A stretch of DNA of 64,000 nt. It comes from Chiloscyllium plagiosum. Lineage: Eukaryota. Within the stretch, counting starts at the first letter, position 1. Each line of letters opens with the position of its first letter. The position numbers and the translations under genes are program-made. Positions 25,111 through 38,150 of this stretch are shown here, piece after piece. Below the pieces are notes generated by a model that did no database searches, was not told where the DNA came from, and saw only the letters and a program-made list of their open reading frames with translations. The stretch is taken from contig NC_057718.1 in the NCBI RefSeq assembly GCF_004010195.1, forward strand, positions 61,711,318-61,775,317, given 5' to 3'.

Positions 25111-25879
25111 CATGAATAGTTTGCTATTGTGTGCTGACTGACCAGAAAGTTCGAAACTCCAAATAAATCTTCTAACTCAATTGGCATTTCTTTATGTAAC
25201 CACCACTTTCACTGTATGCATCAACATTATTTGGATTTATCATTAATAATAATTCTGCACTCAAGGTTACATTGAAGCTGGTGTTTTTGACAGCTTCATT
25301 CAAAATTGATCAAAAAAGCATCTGCACTGTGTACACAAAAGGGGATACTGGTGAACAGTTCCAAGATACAGCGAGAAAAATGAAGATAAGAAGATATTGC
25401 GCCAAGATAAATGAAGGGCAAAGGGTACATAAAACCACAGCCGCTTGGCAGCAAAAAAAAGGAATCTTTAGATGCATTAGGAACATTAGCTCCCTCTTGC
25501 CCCGCAGTGTGCTAACCTCGACTACAGCTGTACCATCTTTCACTCCAATGGACTTGCCTTATAGACAAATTGATTTGCAAAGGTTCAAACTGGCAGCTCT
25601 GTCTGCTTTGCATACAGAATGCTCCTCTGTGTCACAATAAAAGTAGCCTGGCAGACAGTGGAACACAGCAGGAACTGGCCGGTTCAAAGTCCAAACGACA
25701 CCCTCCCCTCACCCCAGTCTGGTTTGAAAGGTCACCGCATGTCTGGGAAAAAAAAGTCTCAGGATCTCAGCCTTTATTCAAAGGTCAGTATTATTCAACA
25801 GCAGTTAACACACTGGTGCGCAAAAAGAGTGCATAGACACAAAAGACCCTGGGGCTGCTTAGTGGTTACAACTGGAAAG

Positions 25880-26480
25880 ACTGGGCATTTGTGAAGCAAC
25901 ACGCCCTGCGCCAGTGTGCACACACTCACAGTTACAATGGCAGGGATCAACTGAAGCTTGAAACGCCTTGGTGTAACGTCGTCACACCTTTGCAATGTCA
26001 CAGCAGTTCAAAACGATAAGCAGCGAACTCCAGTCACTCCGAGCTCCCTTACAGTCACTTCCTGCTGCCATTGATGCCCTCATTCTTGTTTGATCCTCAA
26101 ACGTTTTTCATCTGCCCTTTATTTCCATTCTGCTCTCACACCAGATTGACAAGTTATTCAAAACACTCCTGTTAATAGTCACCTCAAAAAAGTATTTGCC
26201 TATCTTTATTGTAAAAGGTACAGCTGGTTATTTTGAGAGCGGAGCTGCATGTGGTCAATATGAAACCTTGTTGTTACCCTTTGCTTTCAATCTTTTTTTT
26301 CGAGGGACACCGGCAGGGACAATGGCTGTCATTAAAGTTATAGCTGTAATAATAAAAGGAATCCTCGATATTGTGAAAAATAGGGCGTGCGGCTGTTCAG
26401 CGGCTTAAGGGATTGATGAGTCGCTGTGCTTTGCTGAATGTATTTGATGGCACATTTTAAAAGCTATATACTGAACAGCA
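25880..26480. promoter_or_regulatory. Candidate conserved non-coding element / enhancer
   Basis: Repeat-free, locally CpG-retaining, no convincing ORF. Clustered ctgtca, attaa, gattgatg and tttgat motifs. Confidence 0.4.
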
Positions 26481-27635
26481 GTAGCTGCTGGCAAAACCTT
26501 CAACAGTTGTGACTACGGTATATATAGTCATCATCCACTCAACGCACTGCCTCCATACCAAAGACCACAGAGTTGCACAGGACAGCATTGGCCATTATAG
26601 GGAGGCAAAGTATCCTTTTCCCCAGATCTGTTTAGGGAAAGAACATCTTTGAAGTGGCACTATATATAAATTAGGTAGACTAGTTTACAGACAAACTGAG
26701 ATGTTGTGCCTTTAGGAGATTGCTGGCTGCTGCAGCAGCTGCCTGATGAGACATACGACAAATTCACTTACTGAGTGACACTGGCTTTGTTGAAAAGCCA
26801 ATTCAATCAAACGCCGCAACCAGCAAAGTAACAGGCTGCATTCCCTGAATAAAGAACATGAAATCATGCCTACGTTTTCAAGTGCACTCAGACCTATCTG
26901 TCCTACTACATGAGGCTGAAAAGGATGAATGAATTAGATGCAGTAGATTGTAATTAATGGTAAGGCTGTCACTGCCCCTCTCCACTGAGTTCTGAGCATT
27001 AGCAGCCTCCCTGTATTTCACCCAGTCACAGGGCAGTGCAGTGGGCTTTGCCAACAAAAGCTCAGCTTCTGGTTCGAACAGTGGGCATGAATGAAAATAA
27101 GTTGAATTTGACACAAATCTGATCAGCCCAGCGGCAACCTGCTGTTTCAGTCAAAACAATTAAAATTATACTTACCAATTTTCTTTCAAATTTTTTCTCC
27201 TTCCTGATTCCTCCACTCCTGAAAGCAGTGACTCTCGCGGGCAGACAGATCCATAGACAGTCATCTGAATCCTTTTTTTGGGAGGGTGTTCTTCATGTGG
27301 GAATATGAACATTGTCTGTCAGCTTTCCTTGTAATCACTGGGAAAGGGGTTCTGCTGAAACTCAGCCTGATCTTGTCATCGCCTATGTTACACACAGGAG
27401 CTTGTTAAGTATCGGTGCAACGCCTGTACATCCAGTGGGCATTAGAACCCTGGGCATCATTGCCAAGGAGCAACCAAAGTTGTCATTTACCCTCCCCCAT
27501 TATTGGTGAACTCAGTATAAGGCACCACTTGTCAGATTTTGAGAACAAAGTCTTCATTTGATTTACGCAACATACTAAAACTATTTTAACATAAAAGACG
27601 CAAAGTGCTGTAACGAGACATAAATCAATACCACA

Positions 27636-27750
27636 GAGACTGCAGTGGTTCGAGAAGGTGCCTCACTGTCACTTTCTCAAGGCTAATTAGGGAAGGACAA
27701 CAAAAGCTGGCCTATCCAGCAATTCCCTCATTGGTGAAATAATCTTTTAA
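27636..27750 (+). mobile_element. Tail of older CR1/L2-type LINE
   Basis: gactgcagtggttcgagaaggtgcctcac...aattagggaaggacaacaaaagctggcc, matching 1700-1790. Confidence 0.7.
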
Positions 27751-28295
27751 AATACAAGGTAATTTGTAAGTTTGAGGTGGACTTAACTTCCGATCCATAT
27801 TTCTTATTCAAGAATCTTGGGATTTTTGATTATGTTATAGAAAAACTGTTGTTGGATTTAGAATTTAGGATCCGGTTTCCGACCAATTTATTCATAATAT
27901 GCCAGCTGTTTGATACACAATTAATAACACTATCATTTTGAAAAAAATATGCAGTTAAAACACTTCAAAACTGGAGTCCTTCACCATCTCGGTCCTGATC
28001 ATGCAACTTACTTACTTTAGATGTTTATTATTTGCCTAAGCAGGCTAACGGAATAAAGCCTTTAAATATAATGGCTGTCCCTTTTTGTCCACTCTCAACA
28101 TGCCTCCAGTTTTCATTACCTTTTGAAAATACAGAAATAACCTCACTCCCTGATAATGCTGCCAAGGCATATAATGCTCAACTGGAACTGTTCAAGAGAA
28201 CTCTAAATTAATGTTCATTTTTCCCAGAGCCTTCTCCCTCACACTACATACCCATCTCAGCTACACATGTACAGGCATAGCCAGTAAAGCAGTTA

Positions 28296-29450
28296 ATGAT
28301 GATGCCAATTTCGACCAGGGGGCATCTGAAATGTCCACCCTCTTTCTTAACCAAAGATTCCCCAGCACCGTGGTTGACAGGACCCTCAGCCAGATTGACC
28401 CATTTCCCGCAATTCAGCCCTCACCCCCTCCCTTCTCACCAAACAGTGATAGGGTCCCCCTTGTCCTCACCAACCATCCCACCAGCATTCACATCCAGAG
28501 GATGATTAGCAGCCATTTAGCCATCTCCAGCAAGACGCCATCACCAACCACATATTCCCTGCTCCCTCCCTTGTCAGCTTTCCACAGTGCCCTTTACCTC
28601 TGGAATACTCTGGTTCACTCAATCCTTCACTGCTAACACTCCCCACCCCACCCCCTTAGATCAAGGCATCTTTCCCCACAACCACCAACACCTGCTCATT
28701 TACATCCTCCCTCCTTAGTATTCAAAGGCCCAAACACACTTTTGAGGTGAAACAGCACCTTACCTGCACTTCCCACAATCTATTCGACTGTATTCGCTGC
28801 TCACAATGTGGTCTCCTCTACATTGAGGAAATGAAGACTGGGTGACTGCTTTGCAGAACACCTACGTTCTGCCCACAGAAAAGATCCTGAACTTCCAGTT
28901 GCCTGCCACATCAATGCACCACCCTGTTCCTTGGCCTACATCACTGTCTCAGGCTTGGTCTGGAGCTCCAGTAAAGTTCAGTGCAAGCTGGAAGAACAGC
29001 ACCTCATTTTCCACTTGGGAACTCCACAACCTTCTGGACTCAATATCAAGTTCAATAATTGTAGGACTTGAGGTACCTTCTCTAATGTCCTTGTCCCAAA
29101 CCCCACACACCAGACCTTGTTGTCACACACAACCAATTGTAGCCACTAATAGTCTCCATTAGTAGCTATTCATTCTCCTAGACTGACTGTTATCCACTCC
29201 ATTGTCTGTGCAACTGTTCTTCTCTCTCTTTGGGCTATATCGCCACCCTTCATTTACTCCTTACCCTTTCCATCCACCCTATCTTTGGCATAAAAAACAA
29301 CTTTTTCCTAGTCACCATCAGTTCCGGAAAATATTTAATGGACCAAAATGTCAACTCTGATTTCTCTCCACAGATGCTGCCAGACCTGCTGAGATTTTCC
29401 AGCATTTCTGTTTTTGTTTCTGATTTCCAGCATCTGCGCTTTTGTTCCTT
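28296..29450 (+). mobile_element. Older Penelope-like element (RT thumb, GIY-YIG, pLTR)
   Basis: EMSTLFLNQRFPSTVVD, DRVPLVLTNHP and CIRCSQCGLLYIEE are homologous to 34434-35188. Terminal cagatgctgccagacctgctg. Confidence 0.9.
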
Positions 29451-29559
29451 TTTAAAGCAGTTAATCAGTTTATGCAGATTCCAGTCTAATCCTAACAGCA
29501 AATTTCTCTTTCTTTAGCTGCTACCACCTAATGGCAAGTTCTCTGGTAATTTTCTGTGA

Positions 29560-30170
29560 AGAACCTTAAACTGGGGAGAAATAGATAAATATGGAGCCAA
29601 ACAGTTGAAGTGTGAGGAACATTTCTGAATTTAGCAATGATTAAAAAGTCTTCAGAAGTGTTTCCAAAACAAAAGGAGAGGCTAAACTATTTGCCATCGT
29701 GATGGAAAATTGGAAAAATATGGCTTCAGAGTAGATTGGTATCGGGGTGAATCCTGGAGACATTGTGGGAATGGGCGCAGTGAGTGAGTGAAGGATTTGA
29801 AAACAGGTAAGAATTTTAAAGGTTACATAATGAGGATGAGGAAATAGGAAGAATTGGTGGGAATAGGTTACCTTGAATTGTAGGATTGGAATTATGGATA
29901 ATATTGTGTGTAGAAAGAAGCTCTGAAAGCTGGAGAGGAAAACATTGAAAACTGGACTGAGGTTTTCAGCAAAAGTAAAAGTAAGTTATTCCGGAGGTGA
30001 ATGAATGCTCCAGAGGGGAATGTAAACAGTCTCGTTGATGAATCAGAAGTGAAGCTTGAAGCTCAGAGTCAAACAGCGCTGCTGCAAATCTTCAGGTTCT
30101 AACTGGGTGAAAGGTCTGGACAGAAGTGGAATTGGCACTTGAAATGCAAAGTTTCTGCTAATAGGCAAGC
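29560..30170 (-). mobile_element. Very old L2-like remnant
   Basis: Purine-rich plus strand resembling 8985-9700; no clean motif. Confidence 0.3.
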
Positions 30171-30454
30171 AGATCTGTAATGTAAACAACTAAAGTGCAA
30201 TACAATCCTATGAGGCCAGCTAGACAAACACAGACTTCACAAATTGAAGGCCAATAACAGCAACTCGGAGAAAGTAAAAGGCGGCAACAGTCTGATAGCT
30301 ACTGACTGCTCACGCTCATGTCAACACTCCAGGACCTAAACAGCTGCCATTTTGATGCACACAGTCTTTGATTTACTTCTGATTACCCTTTTTATTTGCA
30401 ACGTATCTTAAGATACAATACATAAATGGAGAGAAATAATAATATGAAAATGGC

Positions 30455-30725
30455 AGTTTAGAAGCAGAATGAGGCCACTCAGTCCCTTGAGACTGCTCCA
30501 CCATTCAGTAAGATCATGGCTGATTTCATCTTTCCTCATTCCTGCCCACAAGTAATAACCTCTTTGGTTAGAAAGAATCTGTACAAATTCATCTTAAAAT
30601 GAGGCAAAGACTCTGCTTCCACCATCTTTCGAGGAAGAGAGTTCCAAAATCTCATGACCCACAGGGAGAAATAAGTTTGTTTTATCTCTGCCTTGGAAGG
30701 GTGACATCTAGCTCTAGAATCTTCC
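30455..30725 (-). mobile_element. Old CR1 3' fragment
   Basis: YFSLWVMRFWNSLPRKMVEAESL..FK C-terminal motif. Confidence 0.85.
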
Positions 30726-31581
30726 ACTTTTTGTATGTAGCACTAGAGTTCTGCATTTCTGTCAGGTGATTCCTATCAGGGCGCCTTTTGAAATGTGGAG
30801 CCATACCTCCATCCTGTCAGGTCCAATGTGCTGCAGAACAGTCAGGGAAAAGAAAAGCCTGTTGCTCATTTCTCAGCAGTCTGTTACTGTGTTCTATAGG
30901 GGGTAGAGTGGCCGGACGTTGATTGGTGCCTGGCCACAAAGTGGCAAAGGGGCCAAGTGATGGACATATTTGGGGTTGGTTGGGGTGGGTGGAAGGTATT
31001 GGGTCTAGCAGTAGTCAGGGATTTGGTTTTGGCCACCCAGGAGATAGGTCTGGGGCCAGGGATAGTTCAGGTCCAGCAGAAGATGTAACAAGGTCAGATC
31101 TAGCAGAGGACCATGGAGATCACATTAAGCAGCAAGGAAGGGTTGGGGTGGTGTTGCATCAGGAACGGGGGTTGGATCCACCAGCAGGGCAAAATGGTGG
31201 GGGAGGGGTTCAGTCTCGGCAGAGGCGGGTGGGAGGTGTTGAGTCTGGCACAAAAGAAGGGCTCAGATCCAGTGACAGGACGTCTCAGATGCTGAGGGAA
31301 TTGTCGATGTCATCGGATCAGGGTCTGGGAGGGATGCTAGGGGTCTTGGGGGAGATATAGTTGAGTCTGAGTAAGGTAAGGTGGGAATCTATTTAATAGT
31401 TGCACAGGAGTTAGACTAGATATTTAATAGGCCAATGTTTTCTTAATAACTATTTACTTAACTGCAATGGTAGCCTCCAAATTCTACGATTTAGCTAGAT
31501 GTTTTCAGAGGGTTCCAGGTGTTGGGTAATTACCCAGTAGAGTCTTTAATTTCTGAGGCAATTACTTTTGATTCTGCTACA

Positions 31582-34131
31582 AGGGGAGGCAATGGTGTAG
31601 TGATATTATTGCTAAACTAAAAATTGCAGAAACACATCTAATATTCTGGGTACGAATCCTGCCATGGCAGATGGGGGAATTTGAATTCAATTTTTTTAAA
31701 AATCTGGAATCAAGAATCTATTGATGACCACAGAAAAAGCCCATCTGGTTCACAGATATCCATCAGGAAATTGCCGTCTTCACCTCCTCAGGCCTACATG
31801 TGACTCCAGACCTGTAGCAAAGTAGTTGCCCTTCAATTGCTCTCTGAAATGATCTGGCAAGCCATTCAGTTATATCAATCACTACAAAGTCTTAAAGAAA
31901 TGAAACCAGATAGCTACCCTGGCAGAAACAACCCTGTCGACCCTGAAAAGTCTTCCTTACTAACATTTTTGGCACAAGCCTCAAGTTGGGAGAGCTGTCC
32001 CACAGACTAGTCAAGCTACAGCGGCAAGACAGACCCAGCAGGGGTGGTACAGTGGTATAACGTTGGGTGGGAGTTGGCCTGGGAGTCCTCAACTTTGACT
32101 CCAGATCCCTAGGAGAATGGGCAAGGAAACCTCCTACTAATGATCATGTATCAACCTCCCTCAGCTATGAATTGGTGCTTCTCCATTTTGAGCAACACAT
32201 GGGAGGAAGCACTGAGGATAGTAAGGGGACAAAATCTACTCTGGTTGAGGGATTTTAATGTCCACCACCAAGAGTGGCTCAGCAGTAATACTACTGATCT
32301 AGCTCATCAGATCCTAAAGGATATAGCTGTGAAACTGGGTGAGCAACAAGTGGTGAGGAAACCAACAAGAAGGAAAAATATATTTGACTTCATCCTTATC
32401 AATCTGTCGGCTGCAGATGTATCTGTCCATGACAGTATTGGTAAGAGAGACCACCGCACAGTCCTTGTGGAGACGAAGTCTCACCTTCATCTTGAGAATA
32501 ACCTCCATTGTGTTGTGTAGCACCATCACCGTGCTAAACAGAGAGATCTAGCAACTCAGACTGGACATCTATGAGGTGCTTAGGCCATCAGCAGCAGCAG
32601 AATTGCACTCCAGCATAACATGCAATGTCATGGTCAAGTATATCCCCTACTTAACCATTACCATCAAGCCAGAGGATCAATCCTGGTTCAATAGTGAATG
32701 CAGGAGGGCATGCCAGGAGCAGCACCTGGCATACCTGAAGACGAGGTGTTAACCTAGTGAAGTCACCAAACAGGACTACTTGCATGCCAAACAACACAAG
32801 CAACAAGTGGTAGAGTTAAGTGAGCCCATAACCAGCAGATCAGATCTAAGCTCTGCAGTTCTGCCACATCTAGTTGCCAATAGTGGTGAACAAATAAACA
32901 ACTTACTGAAGGAGAAGACTGTACAAATAACCCCATCCTCAGTGATGGAAGAGCCCAACACATCAATACAAAAGATAAGTCTGAAGCTGTTGCAGCAATC
33001 ATCAGCCAGAAGTGCGATGTGGATGGCTATGGCTCCTGACAACATTCCAGCAATAGTACTGAAGACTTGTGCTCCAGAACTTACCATTCTCCTAAGCAAG
33101 CTTTTCTAGTACAGTTACAACATTGCTATCTATCCAACAATATGGAAAATTGCTCAAGTATGCTTTGGACATAAAAAGCAGGACAAATCCACCCTAGCCA
33201 ATTACTGCCCCATCAGTAAAGTAATGAGAGATGTCATCAACAGTGCTATCAAGCAACTCCTGCTTAGCAATAATCTGTTCAGTGGCGTTCAGTTTGAGTT
33301 CCACCGGGGCCACTCAGCCCCTGACCTCGTTACAGCCTTGGTTCAAACGTGGACAAAAGAGCTGAATTCCAAAGGTGAGCTGAGATTGACAGCCCTTGAC
33401 ATCAAGCTGCATTTGACCAAGTGTGGCATCAGAGAGCCCTAGCAAAACTAGTATCAGGGGCAAGCTCTTCACTAGTTGGAGCTATACCTTGCACACAGAG
33501 GGACAGTTATGGCTGTTGGAGGTCAGTCTTCTCAGTTCAAGGACATCTCTGCAGGAGTTCCTCAGGGTGGTGTCCTAGGTCTAACCATCTTCAGTTGCTT
33601 CATCAATGACCTTCCCTCCATCATAAGGTCAGAATTGGGCATGTTCACTGATGGTTACACAATATTCAGTACCAGTCATAGAGATGTACAGCACAGAAAC
33701 AGACCCTTCGGTCCAACTCATCCATGCTGACCAGATATCCTCAATTAATTTAGTCCCATTTGCCACCACATGGCCCATATCCATCTAAACCCTTCTTATT
33801 CATATACCCATCCAGATGCCTTCCATACACACATCAACCTCTGCATGAAAACGTTGCCCTTTAAGTTCTTTTTAAATCTTTCCCCTCTCACCCTAAACCT
33901 ATGCCCTCTAGTTCTGGATTCACACACCCTCCTCAGATACTGAAGCAGTCCATTTCAAATGCAACAACAGCTGGACAATTTCCAGGCTTGGGCTGACAAG
34001 TGGCAAGTAACATTTGTACTACACAAATGCCAGGCTATGACCATCATCAGCAAGAGATAGTCTAACCACCACCCCTTGATATTCAACGGTGTTACCATCT
34101 CCACTATCAACATCCTGGGGGTCATCATTGA
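31582..34131 (+). mobile_element. Older CR1/L2-type LINE with tRNA-like 5' end, APE and RT
   Basis: APE YQPP, DFNVHH, PTR and DH motifs; RT APDNIP, QFEF, GVPQGGVLG. 5' end tggtgtagtg...gggtacgaatcc. Confidence 0.88.
33677..33930 (-). mobile_element. Young CR1 3' end nested in the older LINE
   Basis: tcatagagatgtacagcacagaaacagaccc is the reverse complement of the 3060-3120 tail. Confidence 0.92.
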
Positions 34132-35418
34132 TTAGGTGCGGGATATGGACGAGATGCGTTGGAGGGCATCTTTAACCACGTGGGAAGGGATATTGCGGTC
34201 TCTAAAGAAGGAGGCCATCTGGTGTGTTCTATGGTGGAACCGCTCCTCCTGGGAGCAGATACGGCGGAGGCGGAGGAATTGGGAATACGGGATGGCATTT
34301 TTGCAAGGGATAGGGTGGGAAGAGATGTAATCCAGGTAGCTGTGGGCGTCAGTGAGTTTGTAGAAATTCCCAATTCCTCCACCTCCGCCGTATCTGCTCC
34401 CAGGAGGACCAGTTCCACCATAGAACACACCAGATGGCCTCCTTCTTTAGAGACCGCAATTTCCCTTCCCACGTGGTTAAAGATGCCCTCCAACGCATCT
34501 TGTCCACATCCCGCACCTCCGCCCTCAGACCCAACCCCTCCAACCGCAACAAGGACAGAACGTCCCTGGTGCTCACCTTCCACCCTACCAACCTTCGCAT
34601 AAACCAAATCATCCGCCGACATTTCCGCCACCTCCAAACAGACCCCACCACCAGGGATATATTTCCCTCCCCACCCCTTTCCGCCTTCCGCAAAGACCGT
34701 TCCCTCCGTGACTACCTGGTCAGGTCCACGCCCCCCTACAACCCACCCTCCCATCCTGGCACCTTCCCCTGCCACGGCAGGAACTGTAAAACCTGCGCCC
34801 ACACCTTCTCCCTCACCTCCATCCAAGGCCCTAAAGGAGCTTCCACAGTTTTACTTGCACATCCACTAATATCATTTATTGTATCCGTTGCTCCCGATGC
34901 GGTCTCCTCTACATCGGGGAGACTGGGCGCCTCCTAGCAGAGTGCTTTAGGGAACATCTCCGAGACACCCGCACCAATCAACCAAACCGCCCTGTGGCCC
35001 AACATTTCAACTCCCCCTCCCACTCTGCCGAGGATATGGAGGTGCTGGGCCTCCTCCACCGCCGCTCCCTCACCACCAGACGCATGGAAGAAGAACGCCT
35101 CATCTTCCGCCTCGGAACACTTCAACCCCAGGGCATCAATGTGGACTTCAACAGCTTCCTCATTTCCCCTTCCCCCACCTCATCCTAGTTTCTAACCTCC
35201 ATCTCAACACTGTCCCCTTGACCTGTCCGGACTTGTCCAACCTGCCCAGCTCATTTTCCACCTATCCACTCCACCCTCTCCTCCCTGACCTCCTGATGAA
35301 GGGCTTTTGCCCGAAACGTTGATTTTGCCTGTCCTCGGATGCTGCCTGAATTGCTGTGCTCTTCCAGCACCACTGATCCAGAATCTGGTTTCCAGCATCT
35401 GCAGTCATTGTTTTTACC
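34132..35418 (+). mobile_element. Young Penelope-like element with inverted 5' segment
   Basis: RT C-terminus (SYLDY.SSHP..CKNAIPYSQFLRLRRICS) lies on the minus strand at 34132-34364. The plus-strand part has CHGRNCKTC, GIY-YIG NIIYCIRCSRCGLLYIGET, VAQHFN, LQPQGIN and then the pLTR. Confidence 0.95.
35291..35322 (+). ncRNA. Minimal hammerhead ribozyme motif in Penelope pLTR
   Basis: CUGAUGA-A-GGGC-UUUU-GCCC-GAAA-CGU-U. Perfect stem II and ACGU palindrome; only 2-bp stem I. Confidence 0.7.
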
Positions 35419-36522
35419 CCTCAAAGAGCAGCAAGGCAGCCTATGTGTGGAAACGCAGGAGATGGGGGAAATAATAACCAAGTATTTTGCATTAGTGTTT
35501 ACTATGGAGATGGATGTAGAAGATATAGAATGTGGGGAAATAGATGGTGACCACTTGAAAAATGACCATATTACAGAGGAGGTGGTGCTGGATGTCTTAA
35601 ACTGCATAAATCCTTGGTGGATACATCCCCAAGACCTGGTTAGGTGCATCCGAGAACTCTGTGGGAAATTAGAAAGGTGATTGCTGGACCCCTTGCTGAA
35701 CTATTTGTATTATCGATAGACACAGGAGAGGTGACAGAAGACTGGAGGTTGGCTAATATGGTGCCACTATTTAAGGAAGGTGGTAAGGAAAAGCCTGGGA
35801 CTAAAGATCAATGAGCCTGATATCAGTAGTGGGCAAGTTTTAGGAAGGAATCCAGAGGGCAGGATTTACATGTATTTGGAAAGGCAAGAACTGATTAGAG
35901 ATAGTCAACATGACTTTGTGTGTGGAAAATCATGTCTCAGTAATTTGATTGAGTTTTTTGAAGAAGTAACGAAGAGGATCAATGACTTCAGTAAGGCGTT
36001 CAACAAGGTTCCACATGGTAGACTGGTTAGCATTGATCATATGGGCCAATGCACCGAGGAGTGACAGATGGCATTCAATTTAGATAAATATGAGGTGCTG
36101 CATTTCAGGAAAACAAATCAGGGCAGAACTTATACACTGAATGATAAGGCCCTGGAGAGTGTTGCTGAACAGAGACCTTGGAATGCAGGTTCATGGTTCC
36201 TTGACAGTGGAGTCACACACAGATAGGATAGTGAAGAAGGCATTTGGTATGCTTCCCTTTATTGGTCAGAGCATCGAATATTGGTGTTGGAAGGTCATAT
36301 TGTGGCTGTACAGGATATTGGTTAGGCCAGTTTTGGTATATTATGTGCAATTCTCATCTCCCTCCTATCGGAAGGATGTTGTGTAACTTGAAAGGATTCA
36401 GAAAAGATGTACGAGGATGTTGCCAGGTTGGAGAGTTTGAGCGAGAGAGGTTGAATAGACTAGGGCTGTTTTCCCTGGAATGTTGGAGGCTGAGGAATGA
36501 CCTTATGGAGGTTTATCAAATC
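35419..36522 (+). mobile_element. Internally deleted CR1 ORF2 fragment
   Basis: Colinear with 19527-20870 with deletions (SQHDF..GKSCLSNL, FSKAFNKVPH). Confidence 0.92.
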
Positions 36523-36526
36523 GAAT

Positions 36527-36680
36527 AGCTTCTAACATCTTTCCTCTAATAGATGTTAAGCTAACTGGCCTATAGTTTCCTGCTTTCTGTGTCCTTCGCT
36601 TTTTGAATAAAGGTGTTACATTCGTTATTTTCCTACCTAATAGAACTCGAGTCAAGGGAATTTTGGGCAATTAAAACCAA
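36527..36680 (-). mobile_element. Old CR1 RT fragment
   Basis: Reverse frame QKAGNYRPVSLTS. Confidence 0.8.
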
Positions 36681-37959
36681 AACCACTCACTACTTCTTTA
36701 AAAATCTATCAGCAGCCATACTTTAAATATATACAGACCTGGTGTCTGAGGTTATTCCATACAACAGTTGGAACTGTATGGATTGGAACAGGAACATTTT
36801 GTTTGTACATTCATCATACATTACAAAATACACTGTATTTTGGGCTTTTAGAAGTACAGGAACAATGTAAGAAGTAATGCAGTGGAATAAAATAATATAA
36901 ATAAACTAAACATGGGCATTAATGTGACATTGTTCAACAAATTTGATTTTTTTTAAAAATAGCTGCACAAAGAATTTTAGACTGCAATATTGCATCATGT
37001 CAGAATGCCTGCCTCAGATAGAATACTGCCAGAAAAACGGGAATTTATAAATTTAACAGAAGTGCCATAATTAATACTGTAAGGGTTAAAAGCATGCTTC
37101 AACTTGAGTTATTGCAAATTAAATTAAAGTCTTCTTTGATTGATGGCCTGTTCATGTTTACACTGTGAGGTCTGGAATTAAGTAACTACAAAGCACCTAC
37201 CTAAAATGGATGTTTCAGTTGTGTGTCCCCACTTAATGGTCATTATTATTGACAGAAAATCTGTATTTACAGATAGCCTAAGCAGACTAAAAATCATCTT
37301 TTTAAACATTCCTTTTGTAATAGAACATAATTTGGTCCCTCTTTACTGTGTGTCGCAGACATTTCTTGCTCCTCTGATCAGTTCACCTTGCCAAAGACTT
37401 TCAAATAACATTATTTGTCTTGGAACCTCTTCCCTGTAATATCTGTAGGTAAAAGTGCCCCACACAAATTCATGAGTCATGGAAAGGTAGCATTTAAAGG
37501 GACTAACTCCTTAACTGCATATTTGCACATAATCATCAACAATCTCCATATTTAACACAGGAAACTTTGACTATAAGAGAATAACATTTAGAATAATAAA
37601 ATAATTAAAGCAAGAAGTATTTTATGTAACAGCTGACATGACATCTACTGCATATTTGGTATACTCAGCAGACCCTGATAATAATCACAAAGATCGAGAT
37701 ACGGGATTTGCCACTGCATGTTACTTCCAATGCATTCCAACTTTACGCCACCTGATAATCTATAAAATTGCAGCACATGATAGAGGCAACTATGCTGTTG
37801 AATGACTGCATACCAGTGACCCAAAGTTGTGAGAAGTTCACACCTCTTAAAGCTAGCCTGTGCCTCTTAAAGGTGAGGTGCAGTGTGACTGGGGCAGGTA
37901 CTGAAAGCCACACTACAACTAATCCTGATGTGGGAAAGATACAAGAATGGCACAACATG

Positions 37960-38150
37960 GCAGAAAGCAGATGCTAAGATTTTTTAAATACTGCACTGGA
38001 GGCTTTGGTTGAAGAGGGGAGATGTGCTTTGTCCACGATAGTTGAAGAAGTGCTCTAAACAAACTCTCAGAAGGCAGTGGGAGCAGATCAAGCCATGAGG
38101 ACTTGGAGACCATGGGACAAGAAGGTCAATACATCTTCAAATGGTATACT
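37960..38150 (+). pseudogene. Harbinger Myb/SANT-like gene remnant
   Basis: MAES..RFLNTALEALVEE...LRRQWEQI...RTW...KKVN, the pattern of the PIF/Harbinger accessory DNA-binding protein. Confidence 0.6.

Noticed and set aside
25272..25894. Overlapping 77-122 aa ORFs
   Set aside because: No domain resemblance or paired splice sites; consistent with chance ORFs.
26740..26765. ctgatga motifs at about 26743 and 44019 as hammerheads
   Set aside because: No stem II followed by GAAA.
30740..31560. G-rich 145-aa ORF (30923-31360)
   Set aside because: Low-complexity decayed repeat-like sequence with no splice or domain support; family not assignable.
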